Below, in pieces: positions 19,643 through 27,750 of a DNA stretch of 32,000 bases. Numbering within the stretch: the first letter of the stretch is position 1; every line of letters begins with the position of its first letter. Under the pieces are notes generated by a model, which was given only the letters and a program-made list of their open reading frames with translations, was not told the origin of the DNA and did not search any database. Location of the stretch: assembly GCF_000008665.1 (NCBI RefSeq), contig NC_000917.1, positions 1,560,001 to 1,592,000 of the forward strand, written 5' to 3'. Made by a program: the position numbers and the translations under genes. This stretch comes from Archaeoglobus fulgidus DSM 4304. Its GTDB lineage: Archaea; Halobacteriota; Archaeoglobi; Archaeoglobales; Archaeoglobaceae.

Positions 19643-20467
19643 ATGCTTCGAAAGATGTTACTTCCCACGGACCTTTCCGAAAACAGCTTTAAAGTCCTCG
19701 AATACCTTGGTGACTTCAAAAAAGTTGGTGTTGAGGAGATTGGTGTTCTCTTTGTCATAAACCTTACAAAGCTTAGCACGGTTAGCGGCGGGATTGATAT
19801 TGACCACTACATTGACGAAATGTCAGAGAAGGCTGAAGAAGTGCTGCCCGAAGTTGCGCAGAAAATTGAAGCCGCGGGAATTAAGGCGGAAGTCATCAAA
19901 CCCTTCCCTGCGGGAGACCCGGTTGTTGAGATTATCAAAGCATCCGAAAACTACAGCTTCATTGCCATGGGCTCAAGAGGGGCGAGCAAATTCAAGAAAA
20001 TACTTCTTGGAAGTGTCTCGGAGGGAGTTCTCCACGACTCAAAGGTGCCTGTTTATATTTTCAAACACGATATGGTGGTCAACAGCCTTTTTGACAGGGT
20101 TCTCGTGGCTTACGACTTCTCGAAGTGGGCTGACAGAGCGCTTGAATACGCGAAGTTCGTCGTTAAAAAGACTGGAGGAGAACTGCACATAATCCACGTC
20201 TCTGAGGATGGAGATAAAACGGCCGATTTAAGAGTGATGGAGGAGGTAATAGGGGCGGAGGGTATTGAGGTTCACGTTCACATAGAGTCTGGAACACCGC
20301 ACAAGGCGATACTGGCAAAAAGAGAGGAGATTAATGCCACCACGATCTTTATGGGCTCAAGAGGAGCGGGAAGTGTGATGACAATGATACTTGGAAGCAC
20401 CTCTGAAAGCGTTATAAGGCGCTCCCCTGTTCCGGTTTTCGTATGCAAGAGAGGTGACGACGAATGA
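19643..20467 (+). CDS. Tandem universal stress protein (two UspA domains)
   Basis: There are two USP domains. Each carries the ATP-binding-type motif G-x2-G-x9-G-S/T: MGSRGASKFKKILLGSVSEGVL in the first and MGSRGAGSVMTMILGSTSESVI in the second. Confidence 0.88.
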   Translation: MLRKMLLPTDLSENSFKVLEYLGDFKKVGVEEIGVLFVINLTKLSTVSGGIDIDHYIDEMSEKAEEVLPEVAQKIEAAGIKAEVIKPFPAGDPVVEIIKASENYSFIAMGSRGASKFKKILLGSVSEGVLHDSKVPVYIFKHDMVVNSLFDRVLVAYDFSKWADRALEYAKFVVKKTGGELHIIHVSEDGDKTADLRVMEEVIGAEGIEVHVHIESGTPHKAILAKREEINATTIFMGSRGAGSVMTMILGSTSESVIRRSPVPVFVCKRGDDE

Positions 20468-20961
20468 AAATGGTTGGCAGGGCGTGGAAGTTTGGTGATG
20501 ACATCTCAACCGACCACATCACGCCCGGCAGGTACTACCACCTCAGAAGCAACATGCCTGAGCTGGCAAAGCACGTGATGGAGGATGCTGATCCGGATTT
20601 CATGAAAAAGTTCAGGCCCGGAGATTTCATCGTTGCAGGAAAGAACTTCGGCATGGGAAGCAGCAGAGAGCACGCCCCTTTGGCCTTGAAAATTGCAGGG
20701 GTTTCGGCGGTCATCGCCAAATCCTTCGCTAGGATATTCTACAGGAACGCCATAAACGTCGGCCTGCCTGTTTTGATAGCCGACACAGACTCTATCGATA
20801 GCGGTGATGAGCTTGAAGTTGACCTCGGCAAAGGGCTGGTGGTGAACAGAACGAAGGGTATTGAGATAAGAGTGAAGCCAATTCCCGAGGTCATGCTGAA
20901 GATTCTCCATGAAGGCGGGCTTGTGAGCTACGTCAAAAAGCATGGCGACATAAAAATTTAA
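20464..20961 (+). CDS. leuD: Aconitase-family small subunit (3-isopropylmalate / homoaconitate dehydratase small subunit, LeuD-like)
   Basis: GRAWKFGDDISTDHITPGRY and GKNFGMGSSREHAPLALK are typical of the LeuD/HacB swivel domain. An ATGA overlap links it to the USP stop. No large subunit (LeuC) is present in this window. Confidence 0.85.
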   Translation: MKMVGRAWKFGDDISTDHITPGRYYHLRSNMPELAKHVMEDADPDFMKKFRPGDFIVAGKNFGMGSSREHAPLALKIAGVSAVIAKSFARIFYRNAINVGLPVLIADTDSIDSGDELEVDLGKGLVVNRTKGIEIRVKPIPEVMLKILHEGGLVSYVKKHGDIKI

Positions 20962-21118
20962 TTTCGGTCGAATTTCGCCTCCTTTTTTCAAGCATCGTCA
21001 CCACCTTCTCAGCGAAACCCCTCGTCAGGGTGGCCATGGAAAACATGTTGTGCACTTCAGGCCTGTTCAGAGTTATTTCCGCTAATTTACCATCCTTTTT
21101 CAAAATTATGGGATTCAT
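20933..21118 (-). pseudogene. N-terminal stub of an enoyl-CoA hydratase (crotonase) gene
   Basis: The 61-aa ORF starts MNPIILKKDGKLAEITLNRPEVHNMFSMATL.., matching the canonical crotonase N-terminus (v..itLNRPe..Na). Similarity is lost after about 45 aa. The ORF runs into the 3' end of leuD with a 29-nt overlap. Confidence 0.4.
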
Positions 21119-21256
21119 GACTCATAGGATGCAAGGTCTTATTTAATTATTGCTATCATCTTGAAGTTTCCGGAAATGCTTAAATAATTATGATTATATT
21201 GCTGATTACAATTAACATAAGGAAAATTATATAATATTTTGTGAAGGTAATTCAGT

Positions 21257-22681
21257 ATGAGAGGGCTTGCCGTGCTGGTGTTGCTGGTTTTTGCCGTGCA
21301 GGTGGCAGCAGCGGAAGACTTTAGACCGGTAGTGTTTGTGCACGGTCTTGCGGGTTCTGCTGGACAGTTCGAGAGCCAGGGGATGAGGTTTGCTGCAAAC
21401 GGATATCCGGCAGAGTATGTCAAAACCTTCGAATACGACACGATTTCGTGGGCTTTGGTTGTGGAAACTGACATGCTCTTCAGCGGACTTGGGAGCGAAT
21501 TCGGGCTGAACATCAGCCAGATTATCGACCCTGAAACGCTTGACAAGATACTTTCCAAGAGCAGGGAGAGGCTGATTGACGAAACCTTCAGCAGGCTCGA
21601 CAGGGTCATAGACGAAGCTCTCGCTGAAAGCGGAGCGGATAAGGTGGATCTGGTCGGGCACTCAATGGGGACGTTTTTCCTGGTCAGATACGTCAACTCC
21701 TCTCCTGAGAGGGCTGCGAAGGTTGCGCACCTCATTCTTCTTGACGGCGTCTGGGGGGTTGATGCTCCCGAAGGGATTCCGACGCTTGCAGTGTTCGGAA
21801 ATCCGAAAGCTCTGCCGGCTCTCGGACTTCCGGAGGAGAAGGTTGTTTACAACGCAACCAACGTTTACTTCAACAACATGACGCACGTTCAGCTCTGCAC
21901 TTCTCCGGAAACTTTTGCGGTGATGTTTGAGTTCATAAACGGCTACAAGCCAGCAACAACCGACATAGTGCCGCAGGATGGAGATTACGTGAAGGTTAAG
22001 GGGAAGTTTCTGGCCTTTGCGACCAATGGTGACGTTTCGGGATGGCTGTCAATCTATCCGATAGACGAGAACGGCAAGAGGTTGACGAGGTTGCCCGTCA
22101 AGTTCATGAGGGTGAAGGGGGACTTTGAGGTCAGGCTCAGGAAGGGGCAGCTTTACGAGTTCCAGTTCCGCAAGGACTTCAGCCCCATCATTTATCACTA
22201 CTACCGCGCCCCCTTCGTGAGAGATGACCTGTGGGCGAGGTTTCTGGTATCAAAGCCTCCCCTCGACGTGGAGCTTTTGATACTGCCCGAAAGACTCTCC
22301 CCAGCAGCCAAGGAGACATCGGGACTGCTGCTGATTAGATACAAGGAGATGATAGGCGAGTATGACGAGGAGATTGGCGGTGTTGATGAGGTTTACGTGA
22401 ATGGTGTCAACGTCTGCACTGAGAGAATCTGCCCCATTGAGAGAGCCGTCAACGGGCTATGGGTCTTCGACAGGGGGGCTGATGGAAAGAGCGATCTTGA
22501 CAGAGAGGTTGTTAGGTACTCCATAATGCCTTTCATGAGCGCCGCCGACCTTGTTGTCCCTGCGGAGGGGACGATAAGCATAGCTGTGAAGTCGAGAACC
22601 GGTGGGGAGGAAAGCTTCACCATCCCGGCATGGTCTGCGGACAGGCACTCGATTATCGTGCAGTTTTCGGATTACATTTAA
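21257..22681 (+). CDS. Secreted lipase/esterase: N-terminal alpha/beta-hydrolase domain plus a C-terminal ~230-aa accessory domain
   Basis: The signal peptide is [30 protein letters not shown] is the oxyanion region and [12 protein letters not shown] is the nucleophile elbow. I recall this 474-aa architecture as the characterised A. fulgidus lipase AF1763, whose C-terminal beta-barrel domain contributes to substrate binding. That is memory, not a search. Confidence 0.85.
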   Translation: MRGLAVLVLLVFAVQVAAAEDFRPVVFVHGLAGSAGQFESQGMRFAANGYPAEYVKTFEYDTISWALVVETDMLFSGLGSEFGLNISQIIDPETLDKILSKSRERLIDETFSRLDRVIDEALAESGADKVDLVGHSMGTFFLVRYVNSSPERAAKVAHLILLDGVWGVDAPEGIPTLAVFGNPKALPALGLPEEKVVYNATNVYFNNMTHVQLCTSPETFAVMFEFINGYKPATTDIVPQDGDYVKVKGKFLAFATNGDVSGWLSIYPIDENGKRLTRLPVKFMRVKGDFEVRLRKGQLYEFQFRKDFSPIIYHYYRAPFVRDDLWARFLVSKPPLDVELLILPERLSPAAKETSGLLLIRYKEMIGEYDEEIGGVDEVYVNGVNVCTERICPIERAVNGLWVFDRGADGKSDLDREVVRYSIMPFMSAADLVVPAEGTISIAVKSRTGGEESFTIPAWSADRHSIIVQFSDYI

Positions 22682-23151
22682 TTTTTTACTTTTTTGCTAA
22701 GCGAATCAGAAGGAAAGAACTCAATCTCCACTCCTGCCTCCTCCAGAAGCTTCAAACCGTTCTTATCGGCATACTCCTTCCCGTAAACAACTCTCTTTAT
22801 CCCCGCGTTGATGATGATTTTCGCACACGTGATGCAGGGGCAGTGAGTTGAGTAAAGAGTACCACCATCAACACTTATCCCGAACTTAGCCGCCTGTATT
22901 ATTGCATTTTGCTCCGCATGCACCCCTCTGCAAAGCTCCTGCCTTTCCCCGCTCGGCACGGACATCCTGTCCCTCAGGCATCCCACCTCTTCGCAGTGTG
23001 GCAGGCCTGAAGGCGCTCCGTTGTAGCCCGTGGCAAGAATGCGCTTGTCCTTGACTATGACGGCCCCGACGTGCTGTCTAAGACAGGTGGAGCGCTTCGC
23101 CACAACCGAGGCGATTTCCATGAAGTACTCATCGAGCGTGGGCCTCTTCAT
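22678..23151 (-). CDS. dCMP deaminase (cytidine/deoxycytidylate deaminase family)
   Basis: The zinc-binding motifs are HAEQNAI and HCPCITCAK. The N-terminus [23 protein letters not shown] is typical of ComEB/dCMP deaminases. Confidence 0.88.
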   Translation of the reverse strand: MKRPTLDEYFMEIASVVAKRSTCLRQHVGAVIVKDKRILATGYNGAPSGLPHCEEVGCLRDRMSVPSGERQELCRGVHAEQNAIIQAAKFGISVDGGTLYSTHCPCITCAKIIINAGIKRVVYGKEYADKNGLKLLEEAGVEIEFFPSDSLSKKVKN

Positions 23152-23900
23152 TCCAACACCCTCAAAAATTTTCTGGCGTTTTCCCTCGCAACCTTCTCCA
23201 TCTCCTCCCTGCCCACAGCCTCCTCAATCTTTACAGCAGCCTCCGCCACCGTGGTTATTTCTACATCCCTGTAACCCGCATCGCTGTTCAGCATGAACCT
23301 CTCCGGGCCGTGTTCAGCCACTATTCTTGCAGCGTCCTCGGCAGAAAGCTTTCCTGGCTGAACTGTGAGGCCAATCCAGTACTCAGTCTCAAGAACCATG
23401 TCGAGTGTTTCGAAGTTCACGTGGTCTATTACCGCAAGGTCTGCGGGAAAGTCGAGACTTTCGAGGATTTCGAGGGTTTTCCTTGTTGCTTTTAGCTTGT
23501 TTCCTCTCGGTGTGTGAATTATGCACGGCACGTCCATCCTCTTCGCCAGCTCGAGCTGCGATTTGAGAACTTCAATCTCCTCATCAGTTACAAGCTCAAG
23601 CCCTATTTCGCCGAAGGCAACCCACTCCCCCTCTTCAAGGTAGCCCAGCACGAACTCATAGTCAGGAGGAATGCAGCGCGGATGAATTCCAACAGCGGGA
23701 TGCATCTTAACCCCTGCAGCCTCACATCTGAGAGGCTCGAATTCTGTTAGCTTTCTGAAGACATCTATCATGGTCTGAGGGTATTTTGGCTTCACGGGAA
23801 AGAAGGCGAGGCTGCAAACCTCCTTTATTCCGTTTTCCTTCAGCTTAACAAGCTCGGAGAAGCCCAGACCCTCTGAATGAAGATGTGAGTCGAAATACAT
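23148..23900 (-). CDS. TatD-related metal-dependent hydrolase (amidohydrolase superfamily)
   Basis: The N-terminus [10 protein letters not shown] contains the HxH metal motif. FGEIGLE, IIHTPR and the distal DH/ D residues follow the TatD pattern. An ATGA overlap links it to the downstream dCMP deaminase gene. Confidence 0.75.
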   Translation of the reverse strand: MYFDSHLHSEGLGFSELVKLKENGIKEVCSLAFFPVKPKYPQTMIDVFRKLTEFEPLRCEAAGVKMHPAVGIHPRCIPPDYEFVLGYLEEGEWVAFGEIGLELVTDEEIEVLKSQLELAKRMDVPCIIHTPRGNKLKATRKTLEILESLDFPADLAVIDHVNFETLDMVLETEYWIGLTVQPGKLSAEDAARIVAEHGPERFMLNSDAGYRDVEITTVAEAAVKIEEAVGREEMEKVARENARKFLRVLE

Positions 23901-23974
23901 GCTCCTCGGATGTTCGTGAGGATTATTAAAAATTTCTCACCAAACGCTTTTATAAGTTCGTTACTTTATTTTAC

Positions 23975-25762
23975 ATGGTGAAGTTCAAGTTGTTCGCATT
24001 AATCACGGTTTGTACCCTATTCATTCTAAATCCAGTCTCAGCTCTAAAAGTTGGTGTTTACGACAACCCTCCTCTTGTTTTCGTCGAAAACGGTGAGGCT
24101 AAAGGCTTCTTCATTGACATACTCGAATACATCGCAGAAGAAGAGGGGTGGAGCATTGAGTACGTTCATGACACCTTCCCCCGGCTGTTGGATAAGCTTG
24201 AGAGGGGTGAGATAGACCTTCTGGTGGATATAGCGTACACGGAGGAGAGGGCTGAAGCTTACAAGTTCAATGATGAGGCCGTTTTCACTAACTGGGGAGT
24301 GGTTGTGGGAAAACAGAACCTTGACTCTGTTTTGAAGCTTGATGGTTTAAAGGTTGCTGGAGTGAAAAGGGACGTTTACACCGCGGAACTGAAACGGCTT
24401 GTTGATGAGTTCAATCTAAACTGCCAGATATTTGAGATTGAGGGGGATTACAGGGAAGTTTTCGAGAAAGTTAAGGCTGGTAGGGCAGACGCTGGAGTGG
24501 TTTCGAGAATATACGCCTCCCTCTACGCCTCAGATTACGGCTTGAAGGAGAGCAGCATCATTTTCGGCCCGGTTGAGCTCAGATTCGCAGGGAGAGACGA
24601 TAACGTGCTTGGGAGAATAGATGCCCATCTAAGCGCCATGAAATCCGACCGCAACTCTGTTTACTATCAATCTCTCGACAGGTGGTTGGGGCCGAGGGTT
24701 GAGGTGATTCCCCAGTGGGTTTACTACGCGATTGCGTCCCTTTTTGCTGTGCTGCTGGCTGCAATTGCGCTCAATGCATACCTCAGCAGGGTTGTTGCAA
24801 AGAGGACAGAGGAGGTTAGGAAGAATGAGGCCTTCCTGAGAGCCATTTTCAATACCATACAGGATGGAATCAGCGTTCTGGACAAGGATATGAACGTTAT
24901 AATGGTTAACCACGCAATGGAGAGGTGGTATGGAAATGTTGTGGGAAAGAAGTGCTACGAAGCGTACCACAACCGCAGTGAACCGTGCGAGGAGTGCCCA
25001 ACTATTGAAGCGATGAAAAGCGGTGAAATGAAAAGAGGAGTAGTTCCGGGGCTGAAGGGTTCTGAAGTGGAATGGCTTGAGCTCTTCAGCTATCCTCTCA
25101 TTGAAAACGGAGAGGTCAAGATGGTTGTGGAATTCGTCAGGGACATTACGGAGAAAAAGCGCATGGAGGAGGAGCTGAGAAAAGCTCTGGAGAGCTACGA
25201 GTATCTATGGAACAGCACCAACGACATCCTTTACGTCCACGACATGCGGGGTTGCTTTACAAGGGTAAACAGAAGGGCTATGGAGCTTCTTGGGTATGAA
25301 GAGGGAGAGAACGTCACTGTATGGGATGTCGTTCCCGAGTCCCACCATGAGTTGGTTAGGGAGAAAATAAGAGAAGTTGTTGAAACAAAAAAGCCAACGG
25401 AGCCGTTTGAGCTGCCGGTTAAAGCGAAGAGCGGTGAGATACTGTGGCTTGAGGTTATCGCACACCCTGTAATTGAAAAGGGAGAAGTTGTTGCCGTGCA
25501 CGGTGTTGCGAGGGATGTTACAGAGAGGAAAAAGTTCATAGACGAGATTGGTGAGAACATAAGGCTGGTTTCTCACTTGGTGGACAGAATAAGGAATCCT
25601 CTCGCTGCTGCGAGAGCCTTCTGCGAGTTAAGGGAAAAACTCGGAGGTGAAGCCTTTGAGAAGGTAATCTCAAACATAGACAGGGTTACGGAGCTTATTG
25701 AAGACCTCGACAGAGTATGGGCGAATCTTGAGCGGCTGAGAAGGGGACTTAAGAGGCCCTGA
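23975..25762 (+). CDS. Membrane sensor protein: extracytoplasmic family-3 SBP domain, TM helix, two PAS domains and an H-box/DHp-like tail, with no HATPase_c domain
   Basis: A signal/TM segment (FALITVCTLFILNPVSA) is followed by an SBP_bac_3-like region (LKVGVYDNPPLVFVENGEAKGFFIDILEYIAEEEGW...). Next comes a TM helix (YYAIASLFAVLLAAIALNAYL). PAS1 is NEAFLRAIFNTIQDGISVLD...VRDITEKK and PAS2 is YEYLWNSTNDILYVHD...ARDVTERKK. The H-box-like sequence LVSHLVDRIRNPLAAA follows, with only about 60 aa after it. Confidence 0.8.
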   Translation: MVKFKLFALITVCTLFILNPVSALKVGVYDNPPLVFVENGEAKGFFIDILEYIAEEEGWSIEYVHDTFPRLLDKLERGEIDLLVDIAYTEERAEAYKFNDEAVFTNWGVVVGKQNLDSVLKLDGLKVAGVKRDVYTAELKRLVDEFNLNCQIFEIEGDYREVFEKVKAGRADAGVVSRIYASLYASDYGLKESSIIFGPVELRFAGRDDNVLGRIDAHLSAMKSDRNSVYYQSLDRWLGPRVEVIPQWVYYAIASLFAVLLAAIALNAYLSRVVAKRTEEVRKNEAFLRAIFNTIQDGISVLDKDMNVIMVNHAMERWYGNVVGKKCYEAYHNRSEPCEECPTIEAMKSGEMKRGVVPGLKGSEVEWLELFSYPLIENGEVKMVVEFVRDITEKKRMEEELRKALESYEYLWNSTNDILYVHDMRGCFTRVNRRAMELLGYEEGENVTVWDVVPESHHELVREKIREVVETKKPTEPFELPVKAKSGEILWLEVIAHPVIEKGEVVAVHGVARDVTERKKFIDEIGENIRLVSHLVDRIRNPLAAARAFCELREKLGGEAFEKVISNIDRVTELIEDLDRVWANLERLRRGLKRP

Positions 25763-25822
25763 ACTTGCTGAAAGAGTTTCTACCTTTTAATTTTGAGCCC
25801 AAATAAAAAATAAATCAAAAAA
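25763..25822. terminator. Oligo-T-rich convergent terminator region between the sensor gene and the SBP gene
   Basis: The plus strand has ccttttaattttg after the sensor stop. The minus strand has tttttgatttattttttattt after the SBP stop. This is inferred from the archaeal oligo-T termination rule. Confidence 0.45.
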
Positions 25823-27385
25823 TTATTCGGAATAGCCAGCCTTCTTCAGGTACTCCTTGGCAAGCTCGATGTTGCCATCTCCATACATATCCTTGAAGAC
25901 GTCCTCGTGGCTCCACATACCGATTGGTATTAAGGAGTACAGCGGCTCAACGGTCCCTCTGTAAACCCTCTGGGCGATGTCCTCTCTGTCAATTGCAGCT
26001 GCAATGGCCTTTCTGACGTAGATGTTCTTTGTCGGGTAGTCTGTGTTTTCATTGGCGTTGAGAACGAGGTACCTGATGAAACCACCCGGAGCCTCGATAA
26101 CCTGCAGACCCTCCTTTGCCTTCAGGGATTCGATGTCGATTGGTGTGAGCGTTCTCCATGCGATGTCAACCTCTCCCTTCTCGATGGCAAGTCTTAGAGT
26201 TGTGGCGTCCTTGTAGAACTTCACCACAATTCTCTTTGTCATTGGCTGCTCTCCAAAGAAGTTCGGGTTGGCTTCGAGAATTAGCTCCTGGTCTCTCTTC
26301 CACTCCACTATCTTGTAGGGCCCAACTCCACCGGCAGTCTGGTCGGGGTCTATTTCATCTGCCTTGTATGCCGGGTGGACGGGGAAGTATGGCGGTGTTG
26401 CAAGCAGTGAGACAAAGTACGCTGCTGGCTTCTTGAGCGTGAACTTCACAGTGTAGTCGTCAACAGCCTCCACATCCTCGACGAAGTGAGTAACGAGCCA
26501 TGAGGGGTCGCCCTGAATGGTCATGACTCTCTTGATGCTTCTCACCACATCCTGCGCCTTGCATGGGGTGCCGTCAGCAAATTTCAGATCCTGCCTGAGG
26601 TGGAAGGTGTAAACAAGGCCATCCTCACTGACTTCCCAGCTTTCAGCAAGGTATGGCTCAAGTTCTGTTGTGCCGGGCTTGTACCTTACCAGCCCTCCCA
26701 TGACGTTGTTCATAATTTCCCATGTGTAGAAGTCGTAAGCATTGGCAGGGTCGAGATCGGTAATCTTGTCAGTTACACCGATGGTGATTGTGTCCTTCTG
26801 CTCCTCGGAGTAGACAAGATAGTACCTGAAAATCATGGTCGGGTCGAGGGTAATTCCCTTGATGTCGTCCTTTGCAACTATCGTCAGCTTGCCCTGTACG
26901 AGCGGGATTATCGGTGCATCCTCAGCAAGCTTCTGCTGTATCTGCTTGTAAAGCTTCTCTCTCTCCTCCATCGAGGTTGCTGTTGATGCCTTCTCAAGCA
27001 GTTCATCCATCTCCGGGTCGCAGTACGGATAGCCGAGCCAGTTGTTTGCCGTGCAACTCAGGAAGGGTGTGGTGTAGTCATCAGGGTCGAGGTAGTCAGG
27101 ATACCATCCGAACAGCGAAGCCATCATCGCTCCCTTTCTGGAATAGTCCTGGAAAGTTGACCACTCGGCGCTCTTCAGCTCAACCTCAATCATTCCCGTT
27201 GCCTCAAGCTGCTCCTTCAGAACCTGTGCCAAATCTTTCTCAGTGTCACCGTAGTGAGTTGGAGTCCACCAGAGCTCAATCTTCAGCTTCTTAGCTTCCT
27301 CTTTCTGCGGTTGCTCCGGCTGTTGGGCACAGCCCAGTAGCAGCACTGCAGCAACCAAAAGCGCCAAAACGTATAGTTTCTTCAT
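25823..27385 (-). CDS. dppA: ABC transporter substrate-binding lipoprotein, family 5 (DppA/OppA-like), with apparently permuted domain order
   Basis: The signal peptide plus lipobox is MKKLYVLALLVAAVLLLGC. Family-5 blocks are LAESWEVSEDGLVYTFHLRQDLKFADGTP, GVGPYKIVEWKRDQELILEANPNFFG and GWYPDYLDPDDY. The order of these blocks is unusual (see findings). The peptide substrate is assumed from the family only. Confidence 0.85.
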   Translation of the reverse strand: MKKLYVLALLVAAVLLLGCAQQPEQPQKEEAKKLKIELWWTPTHYGDTEKDLAQVLKEQLEATGMIEVELKSAEWSTFQDYSRKGAMMASLFGWYPDYLDPDDYTTPFLSCTANNWLGYPYCDPEMDELLEKASTATSMEEREKLYKQIQQKLAEDAPIIPLVQGKLTIVAKDDIKGITLDPTMIFRYYLVYSEEQKDTITIGVTDKITDLDPANAYDFYTWEIMNNVMGGLVRYKPGTTELEPYLAESWEVSEDGLVYTFHLRQDLKFADGTPCKAQDVVRSIKRVMTIQGDPSWLVTHFVEDVEAVDDYTVKFTLKKPAAYFVSLLATPPYFPVHPAYKADEIDPDQTAGGVGPYKIVEWKRDQELILEANPNFFGEQPMTKRIVVKFYKDATTLRLAIEKGEVDIAWRTLTPIDIESLKAKEGLQVIEAPGGFIRYLVLNANENTDYPTKNIYVRKAIAAAIDREDIAQRVYRGTVEPLYSLIPIGMWSHEDVFKDMYGDGNIELAKEYLKKAGYSE

Positions 27386-27750
27386 GTTGTAAATGTCCGT
27401 GTTATGATATATAACAGTATCTTGAGTGTATCTGGCAAAAATTTAATGGGCTAATCTTTTTATCGCTCCGGCTGGGAGCATAAGATTCATTGGAGAGGTT
27501 ACGAAACTAATCATGAAACAAGAAAAAGGAAGAGAGGCTTTAGCATCAACGTGTAGTGCCACTCTTCCGTTAATTATTTCTCCCGAAATCGACATGGTTC
27601 TTTTTCACTATCGTTTTCGAGCCTTCTCAGAAGTGCCATGAGCTTCAAACGTGCATCTGATGAAATACAATCTTCAGGCGATAAAGGTACAACAATGTGC
27701 CCCTCTTTCCCTCAGATAAATTTTTAAGCCAAACACCTCAAACGTATCCG

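Noticed and set aside
19591-19779. A 63-codon 5' extension of the ORF-track entry 18754..19779
   Set aside because: It crosses the promoter and overlaps the USP gene start. The DacZ-type N-terminal domain begins at ATG 19590.
21139-21735. A 198-aa ORF, and a nested 144-aa ORF, on the minus strand
   Set aside because: They are entirely antisense to the strongly supported lipase gene. The translation is Ser/Leu-rich low-complexity sequence with no recognisable motif. This is a typical shadow ORF.
27513-27641. A 42-codon ORF (MKQEKGREALASTCSATLPLIISPEIDMVLFHYRFRAFSEVP) in the dpp divergent spacer
   Set aside because: It has no Shine-Dalgarno or TATA in a suitable position and no recognisable motif, and it is below the ORF-track threshold. 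It is kept only as a note within the spacer finding.
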